Assembly (NCBI GenBank): GCA_973895155.1
Contig: OZ316896.1
Coordinates: 14,005,542 to 14,069,541, forward strand
DNA from: Marsupella aquatica
Lineage: Eukaryota; Plantae; Marchantiophyta
Direction of reading: 5' to 3'
DNA length: 64,000 bases
Part shown: piece after piece, positions 23,720 to 36,710 of the stretch
Position numbering within the stretch: position 1 is the first letter of the stretch
How the letters are laid out: every line of letters starts with the position of its first letter
Program-made: the position numbers and the translations under genes
Notes under the pieces: model-generated
The model's input: the letters and a program-made list of their open reading frames with translations, nothing else
Database searches by the model: none
Told to the model about the DNA's origin: nothing

Positions 23720-25170
23720 TATCAAAGTGCCAAAGGTATATAGTGCCAAAAAGCACAAATGCCAAACCAACCAAGAGACAGGGTCCCAAAGACAAAGCAA
23801 CAGAAAAAGGGAAAGAATCAGAGAAGGGGAAGGCCCCAAGAAGAGCCAAGAGGCCAACCAAGGCAAGAATTCCCAAGTCACAACCAAAGACCCACGACAA
23901 AAACCAGGAGCCCCCAATGGAGCAAGGAAGACTAAAACCCTATTGAGCAGAGAACTGAAAAGCCTGGCAGAGCTCCGAAGTAAACTGCATAGGAGGGTCA
24001 CAAAGTGAACTCTGTCTAGAGGCCCTAAAACCAACCGCCTCGGCCCTACAAAGGATAGTGAACGCCTGAGCCCTCTGAAGAGCCACAACAACCCTTTGTC
24101 TAAAGAAGGTGGCAAGGATAGACAGTCACAGGGCGAAAAGGCCTCCGCTCAATACAATAAACCGCACATGTCCTGAGGAACTGGTCTAAGGTGGGGTGAA
24201 AAGCACCAAAAATCTCTAGAGCAAAAGGGTAAAAAAGATCTCCAGGATAGGGAACAGCATATGCCTCCTCCTTAAGTCGGGTTGCCTTGGCAGCGGTGTG
24301 GCCAGGCACATAGGCAGCCACTGCCACACGACACCCCCCAGTCGGATCAGCAACAACCACATCACCAAGAGCACGAACACTTGCCCTAGAGAAGACCAGA
24401 TCAACCCTCCTTCTGTTTGGAACACCATCACCCGCAGGGGGGGGGGGGGGAGCACATGCCATTGCTCCATGGTGACATGGTACCCTGAATCCTGGGCGAT
24501 GGCCGCCACACGTCCCGAATGTCGCCATGTGTAGCAATCCACTCAATTCCATGGCCACACCTGAGGATGTGAACTCCCAAAGGATCCAGTGATGCCCCAC
24601 ACACACAGGTGGGTTGGCCAAGGTGGGTTGGCCAAGGAGGCAGGGGTGAGGAAGTCCCAAACGAAGGTGCAGAGACGTGGTAAAGAGAAATGAGCTCAAT
24701 CAAAATGGGGCCACAAGAGACTAGCAACAAGCCAAGCACCAGAGTCGGTGCCCGCACAAGATAACAAGCGTCGGAGAGCATGTTGGAAAGGGTATGACAG
24801 TGCATGCGGTCGAAAATCACCTGCTGGACACGATCTGGACTATATACGACCACCTCCATGAAAGTGGGGGCAGTGGCCTGCACAACCTTAGGCAAAAGTG
24901 CTCGGGCCTGGCCAAGGGAAACCTGGAAGGGAAGGACCCCATCCTCGAACACCAATGATGTGATCAAAGAGGATGGGCTGAAGATGCATAATGAAGCGAG
25001 ATGTGAGGGATGGAGCCACCTGTGCCCAACTACCCAAGAAAGCGCAAGGGACAGTGGAAACAGCTGAAGAGATCCCATGTTGCCACCAGATGGAGATAGG
25101 GTGGCCTGCCTGTCAACAAAAGAACCTTCCCTCTCTATCAAGGGCTCCCAGTCCAATAAAGTGTCCAAAG
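23720..25170 (-). mobile_element. Degenerate CRE-like (restriction-like endonuclease) non-LTR retrotransposon, C-terminal part plus 3' UTR
   Basis: Frameshifted ORFs carry the Zn-knuckle 'CVCGASLDPLGVHILRCGHG..WIATHGDIRDV' and the RLE motifs 'RRRVDLV', 'DVVVADP' and 'FYPFALEIFGAFHP'. The 3' tail is shared with the 4.3 kb and 43.2 kb copies. Confidence 0.75.
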
Positions 25171-25459
25171 ATCCCCATCAGGGTGGTGTCAAAAGATGAG
25201 GGGTGTCAAAAGATGAGGCCAGGGATAAAAAACAAGAAAGTGGGTGGGACAAAGGGCAAAAACACCAAATGGTGGGACAGGTCCCAAAGGCAAAACAACC
25301 CAATAAATGGAAGGCAACAAAGAGGGATAAACATGTGCAGTAGCCAGACACTTGCTCCTGACCAGTCAGCAGCCCCACTCGCCAGACCTCCTCCCTGTTT
25401 TAACTCTGAGCTAGCCACCTACATACTTGCTTCCACGCAAAATAAAAACACTGATCTCC

Positions 25460-25880
25460 AGGTAACGCGCTGCGGTTCTAGTATCGCCTGGAAAGTCATG
25501 ATCCTTCGGTGAGGAAGCAAATAGGTGACACAGACTGAAGCTGGAAAACCAGATTCAACAGCTGCACGTTCTTTATCGATTTGCAGTCTACGGCATTCAT
25601 CAAAGAATTTAGGAATCAGAGAAGTATCGGAAACTTCTTAGCAGCGCGACGCATTTGGCCTTCCTTTGAATCAACATGATGCAGGAGACAACTTATACAA
25701 TGCAAAAGGTGAATTCGGGAAACCTAGGAAAGACTCAACATCAACTGGCCCAGAATCTATGATTGAGCTCACAGAACTCATACTGCATGAATGAAATAAA
25801 CAATGCAGATATTTAATTCACAGTGTGAATCCTATACATGAAGAAAGATTACTGTTTCGAAAGTACTCCGGTGGAAGTCA
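25460..25880 (+). repeat. Diverged duplicate of the DNA between ROF1 and PIRL (~16440-16680 and ~17385-17520)
   Basis: Collinear shared blocks: 'tcgcctgga...ggtgaggaag...gact.aagctggaaaac', 'agcgcgacgcat', 'ctggccca.aa.ct.tgattga' and 'tgaatgaaat...cagtgt.aatcctatacat...gtttcg...gtactccggtgga'. Confidence 0.75.
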
Positions 25881-26730
25881 GCAACAGAGACGGACTTGTC
25901 GACATTGTCGCACGTCCTACACGTCCATATGTATGTAAAAATAGTACTACCACAAAATGTTAACTCTAGCAGCGGCGGCCTCTTCTGTACAACGAGGGGT
26001 TATACGTACTCTCGAGACACTGAAGAACATGACCTACACTGACCATCAAAGAGAGATGGTCATTCCACTTTTGCAGTTATCTATGCTGTTATGTTACAAT
26101 TACATTGTCTCACGCTTAGATATGTACAAACATTTCTTTTGCGAAACGTTTTGCCTGCTGAAGCTGCCCTTCAATGCAGCGGGATGCTATACTCTCGGGT
26201 GCCGTTTTATACAGCGAGGTGCTGTACTCTCAGGACTCCTCGGAGCACGATCTAGCTACACTGACGCCCTAGGGCAGATCTCCCGAAGTACATTCTTCAC
26301 TATTTAGCATTGTAGGTTTGAATCACAGTAATACTACCACCAAATCCCAGTAGATGAGTGCTGAAGAAACCCTTACTAGCACTGCAACAACCTCAAATCT
26401 AGCTCTCATCTTTCCCTTCACACCAGCATTTCCCTTGTACTTCCTTCACATATTTGTAAGCCAACACTTCTTGGATAGGGGAAGAGTGACACGTCCAGGA
26501 TTTTTCCTCTGTAGTCCTGCAACAATACAATGCAGAAAAACCCATGAGCTGAACTGCACACTCGACAGCGCAAAGCTGGCCTTAGGTTTCCAGCTGTGGC
26601 AATGTCACTGTAAATTCAGACATGGCGTGACTCAATAGCGTTTACTGTAATTCATGTCTAATTATTGCATGAGGACGTTGAGCTCCCAGTGATGTGGGAA
26701 GTTGCGATGACTGAACAATGCACACCAATA

Positions 26731-28566
26731 TCAAATGACAATTGAAGACAGTGTCAGGCTTCCAAGTTGAATTTTGCAGTCGGAGTGCGTGCCGGGGAAG
26801 AAGTACCAAAAATTCGAACTAAAGCGCTGCACTGCTTCTACACTCCCCAACCAATATAGAAAGTAGAAAACAAAAAGACCAAGCAGAGTGGAGTTCATGG
26901 TTCCAGGAATATGCCCTTCCTCAAGCACCCTGAGTTAACTTCAGGTTGGCCGATGCTGTTCTTCCCGTAAGAGGCACTTGGAAACTTTAACATCTCCAGT
27001 TGTGAAAGTCACAACGAAAAAGGCCTAGGCGGGCACGGGTGATTTGACTCCTACAAATCTGTCGGCCTACTCTGTTAGCTCAAACCGTCAGCGCATTTAG
27101 ACGTTCCCGTGCTGCAATGTACTGTACTTTGGCTCCAATAACAGAAAATGTTGCAACAATTCAGGGATCCTACCCTCCAGGAAAACACTCTGCCGGCTGA
27201 AAATGGGGACCTTCATCGTTTCCCTCACATGTCACTTCTCCGGTTGGTGAGCGATAGCAGCAGATGCCTTGGGCTTGGTCCTCGAACACCTGCACATCGA
27301 AACAACCCCAAACACACCACATGCTAAGATGAGCATGTTCAGAGCTTCTTACAATGGATTCAAGATACCCGTTTCAAAGAGAAAGAAAGCAAATCAAGTG
27401 CTTGTCTATATATCCGTCTCTGTCTCACTCCGTCCATTTAATGAGCACCGCTCTCCACCCTCCTCAACACATCAACAGTCAATGGGCTTTCCAATTTACG
27501 GAAACGGCGGTGACGTATGAAGGAGAGCATTTCACCGTCGCTCTTGGTTTCTTCGTCTTGCCTACTGTCCTGGATCCCTCCCCTGACAAACACACACATA
27601 TTGTGCAAAACTGCTGTGAATCTTGTTCCCGTCCACGTTCGGGTACCCACGGGCTTCTTCTCTTAGGTAGGGAGGACACCACGAACCCTGCATGTGGCCA
27701 CGTCCCTCAGGCCCTCCTTCCTTCAGGCCAGCAAACCCTCTCCAACATGATCTAGAAACCTTGGATATCTCTCGGGTACTACCGTAGTGACTAAAAGAGG
27801 CATGCAAGAAGAGGCAATGCACAGCAGCCTGACTATGCGTGAGAGTCTGACCATCAGATCTCACATTGGCCGGCAAAAATCGCTCGCTAGGACACGGTAC
27901 GAAGAAGCAGGCCGCCAATCTACAATTTCAATCTTGCACTAGACTACATGAACCACGTCAGCGAGCTCCAGCAGTCTGTGCAGCCCTCTCGTCCCCCTTC
28001 TCGGATTGTGCAATTTGCCCCCTTCTAGGATTGTGAAAAATTTGCCCTAGGAAGTATCGATGCACGAAAAGGCCACACGAAACGGGAAATCACTGCACTT
28101 GTTCACCGTATTGAGTGCGAAACTACTCTGTCAGGAACTCGTCAGTTCAACTTGGGCCCAAAATGTGCATGATCACTGCCAAAAGACCAGTAAGATTAAG
28201 ACAACTTATAAGAGCGCCATCAGCTCGGTAATAAAGGGAGAGAGGCGATACCTTGGCTGAAGAAAGGTGCGCCCCACAAGTGTGCGACTGTGAATTCTCC
28301 TGGACTGGTAAACGACTGCCGCTCGAATTCTGCTGCAATAGAACTGCAGTCGCAATGTTCGATCGCATCTGGTGCTGCTGTGTTCCCCTCCTCCTCTCAC
28401 CAATTTGAAGCCTCTTCATTCCGGAGATACTCATCAATAGGCACTCCCCCACCACCCGTCTTTTCTCTCCTCCTGCAGGCACAGTCTGGGAGGGACGATA
28501 GCAATAGCCGCCCACCAGAGCAGCAGTAGAATTCGGAGGTAGCTGCCGCTGCAGAACCAACGCCAT
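26731..28566 (-). CDS. Uncharacterised plant protein, probably plastid-targeted, with a 'VFED..GICCYR...GEVTCEGNDEGPHF' motif; 144 aa (2 exons) or 209 aa (3 exons)
   Basis: Exon 1 is 28252-28566 (ATG to AAG|GT). Exon 2 starts at 27289 (tgcag|GTG) and reads VFEDQAQGICCYRSPTGEVTCEGNDEGPHF, a motif I recognise from small uncharacterised land-plant proteins. It either stops at 27170 or splices GG|gtagga to cag|G at 26929, entering ORF 26731-26928 in frame. TATAAAA lies at ~28810-28816. Confidence 0.7.
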
Positions 28567-29812
28567 TTCTAGATTGATTTGATTGATTGTAATCTGTATG
28601 TCACGGTACTCTCGACGAGTCAAGACACGCGGATTCGAAACCAGCAAGTCCCAAAAACCTCGTTGCAAGCAGAACAGCTTGATTGATTGTACTATGAAGA
28701 TAATCCCAGCACTGACCCAAAGAATTGGTAGTCACTCAATCCCAAGTCCTACCTCCTCTATCCTTTCAACGTACTTCGAAACAAGGTTGGCTCCGCTGGG
28801 ATGCCTATCTTTTATAGAATCATCCGAACACCGCTCCTCGGGCCCCTCCTCGAAGAAACTTTACAATTACACATACATCACTAACTGTCTCTCTATGTCA
28901 TGCCCCTCCACTTCAGATGAACAGAATTGAATTGAGCACCGTTTATAATGCACGGGTCTCACTTCGATGTCAGTGCTATCCAAGCTCATGCTTCCCTCTG
29001 GATGATCTGGTCATCTAACTTTAATCGAAAGTCGAGTACCGTACATTGGACAAATCTGTTCGAGCTGCAATCATGGGACGGACTAGTCAGATAGCACTGA
29101 ATTGAAGGCCCCAATTGACACTACAAGGATCACCTTACTCAGGCTTACACGCAAGCAAGATCAATTGGACTGATCCGTCCAGTAGCCACCCTACAACGAA
29201 TCTACTGTAGAGCTCTATAGACCAACGGACCAACTCCACGAGAAAATTGGGAACGAGACAGGAGTGGTGGAGACTGTAGACTCACTGTAGTCTCAGCTTT
29301 TTTACTACGCACACTCAACTTTTTATAACGCAAATCGGACGAACGAATGTAACTGTCCTTACTAGGGCGATGTTTGGCTTTCGTCCATGAAGGAATGGTT
29401 TCGTCCTTGAAGGAATGTTTTATATTATTGAAAAAAAATTAAATTTATTTTTTCAATAAGCTTTACAGGGACTAATGGTTAATGCCATACTACCAATCTT
29501 TATCTCAACAAATTATGGATATGAATTTGGTAGTCTCTAACTTTTTGTGTTCATAATCCCTAATTGTGGAGTTAAGGTCCACCGAATGCTGAGTTTTGAG
29601 ACACCCTATTGTGTCACCTAGGTCCAACTCACATATAACTGTCATGAGTTTACCGGCCGTGAGCTATTCACAAAATGATCAGTGAAAAAGGTAGATCTTG
29701 TTTGACAACAATTTTTGCTACCTTGCAACTTTCATTATGAAGTTTAAGGTTGGGACCTAAAGGGCTAAGAAAGTTCGCAGACTCTTACCTTTGGAACTCC
29801 TAGTTTTTTTGC

Positions 29813-29927
29813 TATCAGGCCTGGCATGGGAGGGGGTCAGACATATTTCTCTTGCTCACTTATATGTTATATCAGGCCTGGCATGGGAGGGGGTCAGGCA
29901 TATTTATCTTGCTCACTTATATGTTAC
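29813..29927. repeat. ~57-bp tandem duplication
   Basis: 'tatcaggcctggcatgggagggggtcag.catattt.tcttgctcacttatatgtta' occurs twice. Confidence 0.9.
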
Positions 29928-32900
29928 CGTGATTGAGGGCCAGAAAAAATAAAGGTCTCACTTGCAAGTTGGCTCTTAAACATGACTTTGAAGTGTCATG
30001 GTTCACGTTTATCTCTGTTTTTTCCCCTCCCATCTGTTATGGATTGAACTCCGTGCATTTTCCATGTACGAATCTTTACCTACCGTACTCTCACAAAATA
30101 TCCTGGGATTTCACCCACTATTGACTAGACAGCTCCCAATGAGGACAAGAGATAGAAAGGTCTGTACGTGAAATCTAAAGATGAATCTTTGAAATTTGTA
30201 AACAAGTTACTAAAGTGCTATAGTTTAAGAAAACCCTTTCAGCCTACAATATATCCCTACAGGTGCACAGTCATTCTACTGTAAGTAAATGGGAAAAGTT
30301 CTTTTGGACATCATATCCCACTTGCGTAATTAGTTAAGACACTCATGTGTACCATTAGCTCATCACACATGATATTAGTATATTTTAGTGTCCCCAAGCT
30401 CATCACACTGACGATGGTCTATTTTATCTCTAACGTTTTCCTCTTTCTAGGATTTTGGGTTTACTTTTGGCCTTCGTCGAGTTTGGTGTTTTTCCTCTCT
30501 CGACCTTTTTTTGTTTTTTATTCATTGTACACTGTTTAGCCTCTGATAATAAATTGGTACTTTTGTCCTGTTTTACTAATAATTCGCAAAAAAGGAACCT
30601 ACTTTAAGGCCTCTAGTATAATTCACAAAACAAAGTGGAAATGATGAACCGAAACAGCCAGGAATCTTTTTTGTGCACATCTCTCCCTTTCTGTTCAAGG
30701 AACGGGTAACCAAGGCTAGTAGAACTAACCACAAAATAGTTTATTGTAATGTAAGGGCAGATCGGTGTGAGGGTGTAACCTGAAGGAGGGAGTATAGGGG
30801 TGCAGCACACAGAACCACCCGTGATGTGATACCGCTTGTACTGTCAACTCTCCATAAGTGCAATCCCTGGGTGTGTGCACAGCCAGCACTTTTGCAGTTT
30901 TTCTCCACTGCACTAAATGAGAAATACCTAAGTGCAAGATCCCTCTATAAGTGTATGTATGTAGTTAAAATGACAAGACCATTAGCTGCACAGATAACAC
31001 TCATCAATAAGGGCTAAAGGTTTCCCTTAGAGTAAACGTTGCAGTTTTGCAGCAGCTAGTAATGTCTGATGTAACCCCCACCCCCCCCCCCCCACATGTG
31101 GCATCTATCAATGAGGAATGGAGGGGATTCTCGCTCACATTGAATTACAGCTTCAACAGGACAGTGAATAACACATTGAATGTCTATCAAGCACTCGACT
31201 AGGGCACAGAATCTAATATGCATGCAGCACTCTGAGTGAGGCGGTTGAAGCACCCTCCCATATTTTTTTCGAAGAAACCTGACAAAACAAGGAACCTGTC
31301 TAAGAGGAGACAGGAGAGACAAACCCCCAAAAAAGGGGGCAAAAAGAGGAGAGGAAAGAGGAACACCAAACCTACTGTCTAGATGGAGGAGTAAGGAAAG
31401 GATGACCTCAAGAAGCGGAGAGCACCCTCCCATAATTGCAAACTCCTTGGAAATACTTGCACTTATGTCCTAGGGCAATCCACACACACAAGTGCAACCT
31501 GGAGGCTTCTTGTCGAGGTCTTGCATTTAGAGAGAGTCGACTGTATGCAAAAAATAGAAACACATTAAAAACAAGGCTATGCATGGGAAGCAAGACTTGT
31601 TTGCAAGAAATTTAATCGAATTGAATCAAGAAAAGGTAAGGCATGGGCATCAAGACTTGTAGGCGAAAAACATAAAAGGGTTTAAACAAGAACACGTGGG
31701 GCACTCTGTTATTCTTCCCATTCTAGAGAAATGAACTTTAGTAAGTGACCTTGTTGGTAAACCAAGGTGAACACGTTTTCTTAAACTTTGGGACAAATGA
31801 CATTAGCAGCTTGTGAGAGACAGCCAATCTGTGAGCTCAACCAAGTGAAGTGCAAATGAAGGTGCTTAGGTGACTCACCATGGCAGATGGAGGACGTCAT
31901 ACGGATGGAGAAAAGGTGTTCCTAGGACTGTAGGCTGTGGACTCACTGTAGGCCAAATTCGATCACTACCCAATGCCAAAGGGCTTGCAAGAGGAAGAGG
32001 ATTTCCTGAAAGAGAAAGGAGCCTTTATCTGAACATTGTCATAGACATTTCAACCAGGGTGAGAGGATCTAGATGGCACGCTGCTGGATTTGGAGATTGT
32101 TGCGTGTTGCACTTTGGGACCGGAGTGCACAATGTCAATCTTCAATGTTGCAAGAACTTGGTCTGGTTGTTCCGGATGTCGTGACAGATGACGTAGCAAA
32201 TACAAGCTTTGATGGAGGAGACTACAAGAGTCATAAATGGTGAAGTCTGGATGCACTCGGGCCAAAAGGTTACCTGGTGAATATTGTCGGGGGCCTTTTT
32301 GTGAGAGAGAGCCTATTGTGCCAGAGCAGCTGCTCAAGCGAGATACTACTGTAGGTTTGTCACATATGAGATCTGGCACCATGGACACAAAGCGGGTATG
32401 GCAGACCTTGTTCTTGCCAACTTGGAAGCTCACTTTTTGGTTTACACCTGTGACCTGATGGATTTTATATAAGTTACACACTCTCATGGAATTACAGATT
32501 CCTGCTTCTTTCTCATTAGCAATTGTTGCAATACTCTATTGTGGAAGGAAATACTGATCAGTGAATGAGAAAAGTATTGATTGATTGTTACTTCAAGTTT
32601 TGGTGTCTCATACGTGGTGGGTGAAATAAAGTAGACGTACGAAAGAATAAGTCAGGGAATAGGTTTAAGAAACCACATCATGGAGTAACAAAATAAACTA
32701 TGGCAAGTCTAGATTGAAGCATGAGCCATAGCCACTAGCACATACAGACCAAATTGCTCTACATCTTGTCAATGAATGGGCTCCGGATCAAACACCAAAA
32801 GCTCCCTAGCAAATTGTAGTAAGTTCACATCAACTCCTCGGTGCATTTGGTCAGCACTCTCACAAACTAGAAAAGTCGATACAGTTCCTGGTCCCACATT

Positions 32901-34469
32901 ATGACCGTTCAACTCTGTAAGAGAGGATCAATTACTTGCTATCATGTTGCACTTCTAGTCTGATGAAGCTGAACTGAACGGTTGGCTACAGGTTGAGGTA
33001 GCACTGTGACATTCAATGTACAAATTGATTGAACAAGCTACTGTAACAGAAACACCCAATTGTTGGTGATGAATCTATGAGTGAATGAATGTCATAACAC
33101 AAAACAACAGAGACATTGTGCATCCTGAAGAAATCATGTTCAGACCATTGTCGGTCTTGAAGTCTGGCAACAGATTGCCTGACCAAGCCACAGTGGCATA
33201 GGGGTCAGGATGCATTCATTTGGAGGGAGCCCCGGCCCAATTGAGTGGGTGATATATGGGCTTCCCATCAGTCAAGATAGCAAAACATCCGTGCCTGGTG
33301 ATCTTTATGCTGTCTTGCAATAATCGACAAGACATTCTTTAGCATTTTGACCTTGTGGGACACGGTGGGCTCGAATGCAAGCAAGTCATTGCCATTGACA
33401 ATGATCGAGTCACCCTACAGCTAGTCTGAAAATGATGATCACCTTTCTGTATTCGGCCAAGTAGAGATGCGCCCAGCCGTTGGCGCTGGCCTGCATGAGA
33501 GTGGTGCCCTTGCTCTCGGGGGAGTAACTGTAATATATGTAACAGAGACAATTATTATAGACAGACATCTTTACTAGCTAGCGCCAGAGATTTTCTACAC
33601 ACGAAGGCATCATTTGATAATAGCTCAAAAATGCTTGCAACAAAAATCCCTCACAAGAGCAACAGAAGAAACTTATAAATCTTATTTGAGTAAGTGTTTG
33701 CAATTCTTGAGTGTTTGGATCTGGAATGTTATGCTCTCTCAAGCTGATCCCTCATCTAGTATAAGCCATCTCTAGTGCATCTCCATTGACAACTAAGGAT
33801 AGTCAATGAACTTGTTCTTTCCCTGAAGATGAGATTGTCTTGCTGATTGAGTCTTCATCCCTTTACTAAGCGCAGACACTACCTATTTAGTGGTTCGCCA
33901 AGAGGCAACAGTTTGTTGTACAAAACGTTATGACCAAAGAAACCGTTAGTTCCTCTATATTTATATACCAATGTTCATGCTCAAAACTACCGTTCACGGT
34001 GTCAAAACTATATAAAAATTATGGCACAAAAGTTTATTCCTCTTTAGACCCCAATTGTCATGCTCAAACTAACTTGAACGGTGTTAAATTGTACTTTGAC
34101 TTGGACGTGTAGAATTGACAAACTATCAATAAAGGAGCACATCATAGCTAGGGTTTCATGCATCTTCCAAAGTACTCCCTAGAAGATTGTGAATGTGGGG
34201 ATTGACCAAAGGTTAATATCCTCACATAGAGTGATGTGAGCGAAAAGGTATACTCTTGCTATCAATGCAACACACACACTTTGGTCATTTGAATGCTCTT
34301 AACAATGATGAGGAGTTTGACATATTATAAATTTTGATTGAACCGCCTTAGACCATTAGAGGACGCTATGTTCTTTTCTGGTAGTAATAAGGTCAGCAAC
34401 TGTGGTGTGGAAAGACATTTTATTGAATTGGAACTTATTCTGGGGTTTTTCTAACTTTTTGAAGCAAAA

Positions 34470-35400
34470 GATAACGCTTTTTGAAGCGTCCACTCTAATC
34501 AGACGCTTTGTGAAGCGGCCGTCTCAAACTACTTTGTTGAAGGAAATTCTAATTCCAGTCGCAACTAATCCACTATGCTTTGTCAAGCGTTCCTCATAAC
34601 ACAAGACGCTTCGTGAAGTGTCCACAGTCCGAAGATAAGATGGACCCGACGCCTATTAGAAGCGTTCGTGTTCGACGACAAAGAAGGGATGACACTTTTT
34701 GAAGCATCCATCAAGTATGGACACCTGACCTAAGTATCCATCGCCCAAGCTGTCCGCCATATCTTGAAGACCAAGACGCTTTGTGAAGTGTCCCTTACCA
34801 AAGCCGCGACAGAGTACTGCCACTACTGAAACATCTTGAAAACTTGGACGCTTTGAAAAACGTCCACATGAGAAGCGACACTTTGTGAGGCATCCATCCG
34901 TGGGAGACAAGAAGAAGCAACATTTTTGAAGCGTCCATAGCATAGACGCCTAAAGTGAAGCGTCTACTAAACAGAAGCAATATCGATACTGACGCTAACT
35001 CAAGCGTCCACTCGAAAGGCCCGAAAAATAGATGCTGCTATGAGATTTCTGACGACGCTTTTTGAAGCGTCCAAAAATTCCTTTGTATCAAAATTTTTGA
35101 AGCATCCACCAAACTCCCGACGCTTAGAAAAATTTCCAGTTTTCCACTTTTATAACAATGCGACACTTTTGTTTATTTATTTGAGGCATCTAGAAGTCTC
35201 AAAAAAGTCTTCAACTTTACCAGCATAGAGATTATATGTAGTAGAGTAGTCTGGAAAAGTTTCACTTCATCTTGCTTTCTAGTTTAGAAGTTAAAATTAG
35301 GATAAGATCCTTGTTTATCAGTTTTAGTGAAAACACAGAAGCTTTGCAAAGCGTCCACCCCAAAATCAAGACGCTTTCAGAAGCGTCCATTACAATTATG
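34470..35400. repeat. Cluster of palindromic GACGCT..TGAAGCGTC motifs resembling the subterminal repeats of a DNA transposon
   Basis: More than a dozen variants of 'gacgctt(t)gtgaagcgtcc' occur with irregular spacing. No clean transposon terminus was identified. Confidence 0.6.
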
Positions 35401-36710
35401 ACATTTCTAGCGACATCCATTTCCAATACTTCACTTTTTCCATTTCTTCTAGGCTTATCTTTTTAGATATTTGAGGTCTGAAAAGACATGTCTCTTCAAC
35501 ACCTCCTTTGTGTTAGAATTCTAATCCTATAAGACCCCTTGGATTACCAGTTTTATGGGGGACAAAACTTTATTTGGTAAGAGAATTCTGGATAGGTTCC
35601 ATTCATTTTAACAAGAAAGTCTTGTATGGAAGTAAAATATATGTTACAATTTGTGAATGAATTCATGAGATTCCTTTTGGTGACTAAGTTTTAACCACAA
35701 GCTTCTGAGATTCCATTTAAACTCACTGCTAGGCCTGCTTGTTGTGACAAGATTCACTAGCTAATACAAGCTTAGATATTTGAATTGGAGGAGCAAAATT
35801 CTATTTTTAGAGTATCAAAGTATCATTGTTTTACCTTGGTATATGTATTAGAGTTTGATTTGAATTGCAAATCGCTGATAATCAACCATGTTGACGGCAT
35901 TATAATATATATCTCAGTAAAACCAACCAAAAATGTACTTTGGGTTTGGTGAGCAAAGAATTCTCTATTTCACATCTTTATGTCCCAAAAGGAGAGTGAA
36001 TTTGTTAGGATACTTTTAATCTTGGCCTATGTTAAGACCATAGTTTGTCAAAAGGAGTGACAATAGCAAATTAAAACAAATCTATTCACAAATTAGACTT
36101 CCTTTTGATTCAACAACTCAAGAGTTATATTTTCCTTGTGTTTTGTTAATTTTATCATTTCTAGAAAATTGAGAGTTGTGAGCAAGAGCTCTAAATTACT
36201 CAAATCTGTTAATTCATTCAATCTTTTCCCAATCTATTCTTAAAGGAACCGAATTCCGAGTTTATAAAAATATATTGTTACTTTGTGTTCTTTTGGCCAT
36301 ACGACACATGGCATTGGGTAACATTCTTGATAAATATAACCATTAAAACATAACAAATGATGATAAATATAATAGTGCCACAAACTAATATAATAAATTT
36401 GATCATTAGAGCCATTATTTTTGACAAAAAATCATAGCAGCTCACCTGGCGCTAATCAACATATGTTCTTTAGGTTATACTCATTTTTGTTCATATTCCA
36501 ATAGTAGCACCCAACGCCACCAAAGAATCCTCTTTGGTGAGATCTCATTTACATAGATATTTCTTTATTACTTGCAAAATTGTATGGCCTTCTAAAATAT
36601 ATTTACCCACGACAGCAAATACAAGAGTTAAAATGGTAATACTATTAGTGAAATAGGTGGTATAGAAGTATACAATTAAAGCTAATAAACTCAAAATAAT
36701 GTTTCTCTAG

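Noticed and set aside
27562-27918. 118-aa ORF as an additional exon of the unknown gene
   Set aside because: Exons 1 and 2 join in frame without it and it has no recognisable motif, so it is treated as intron.
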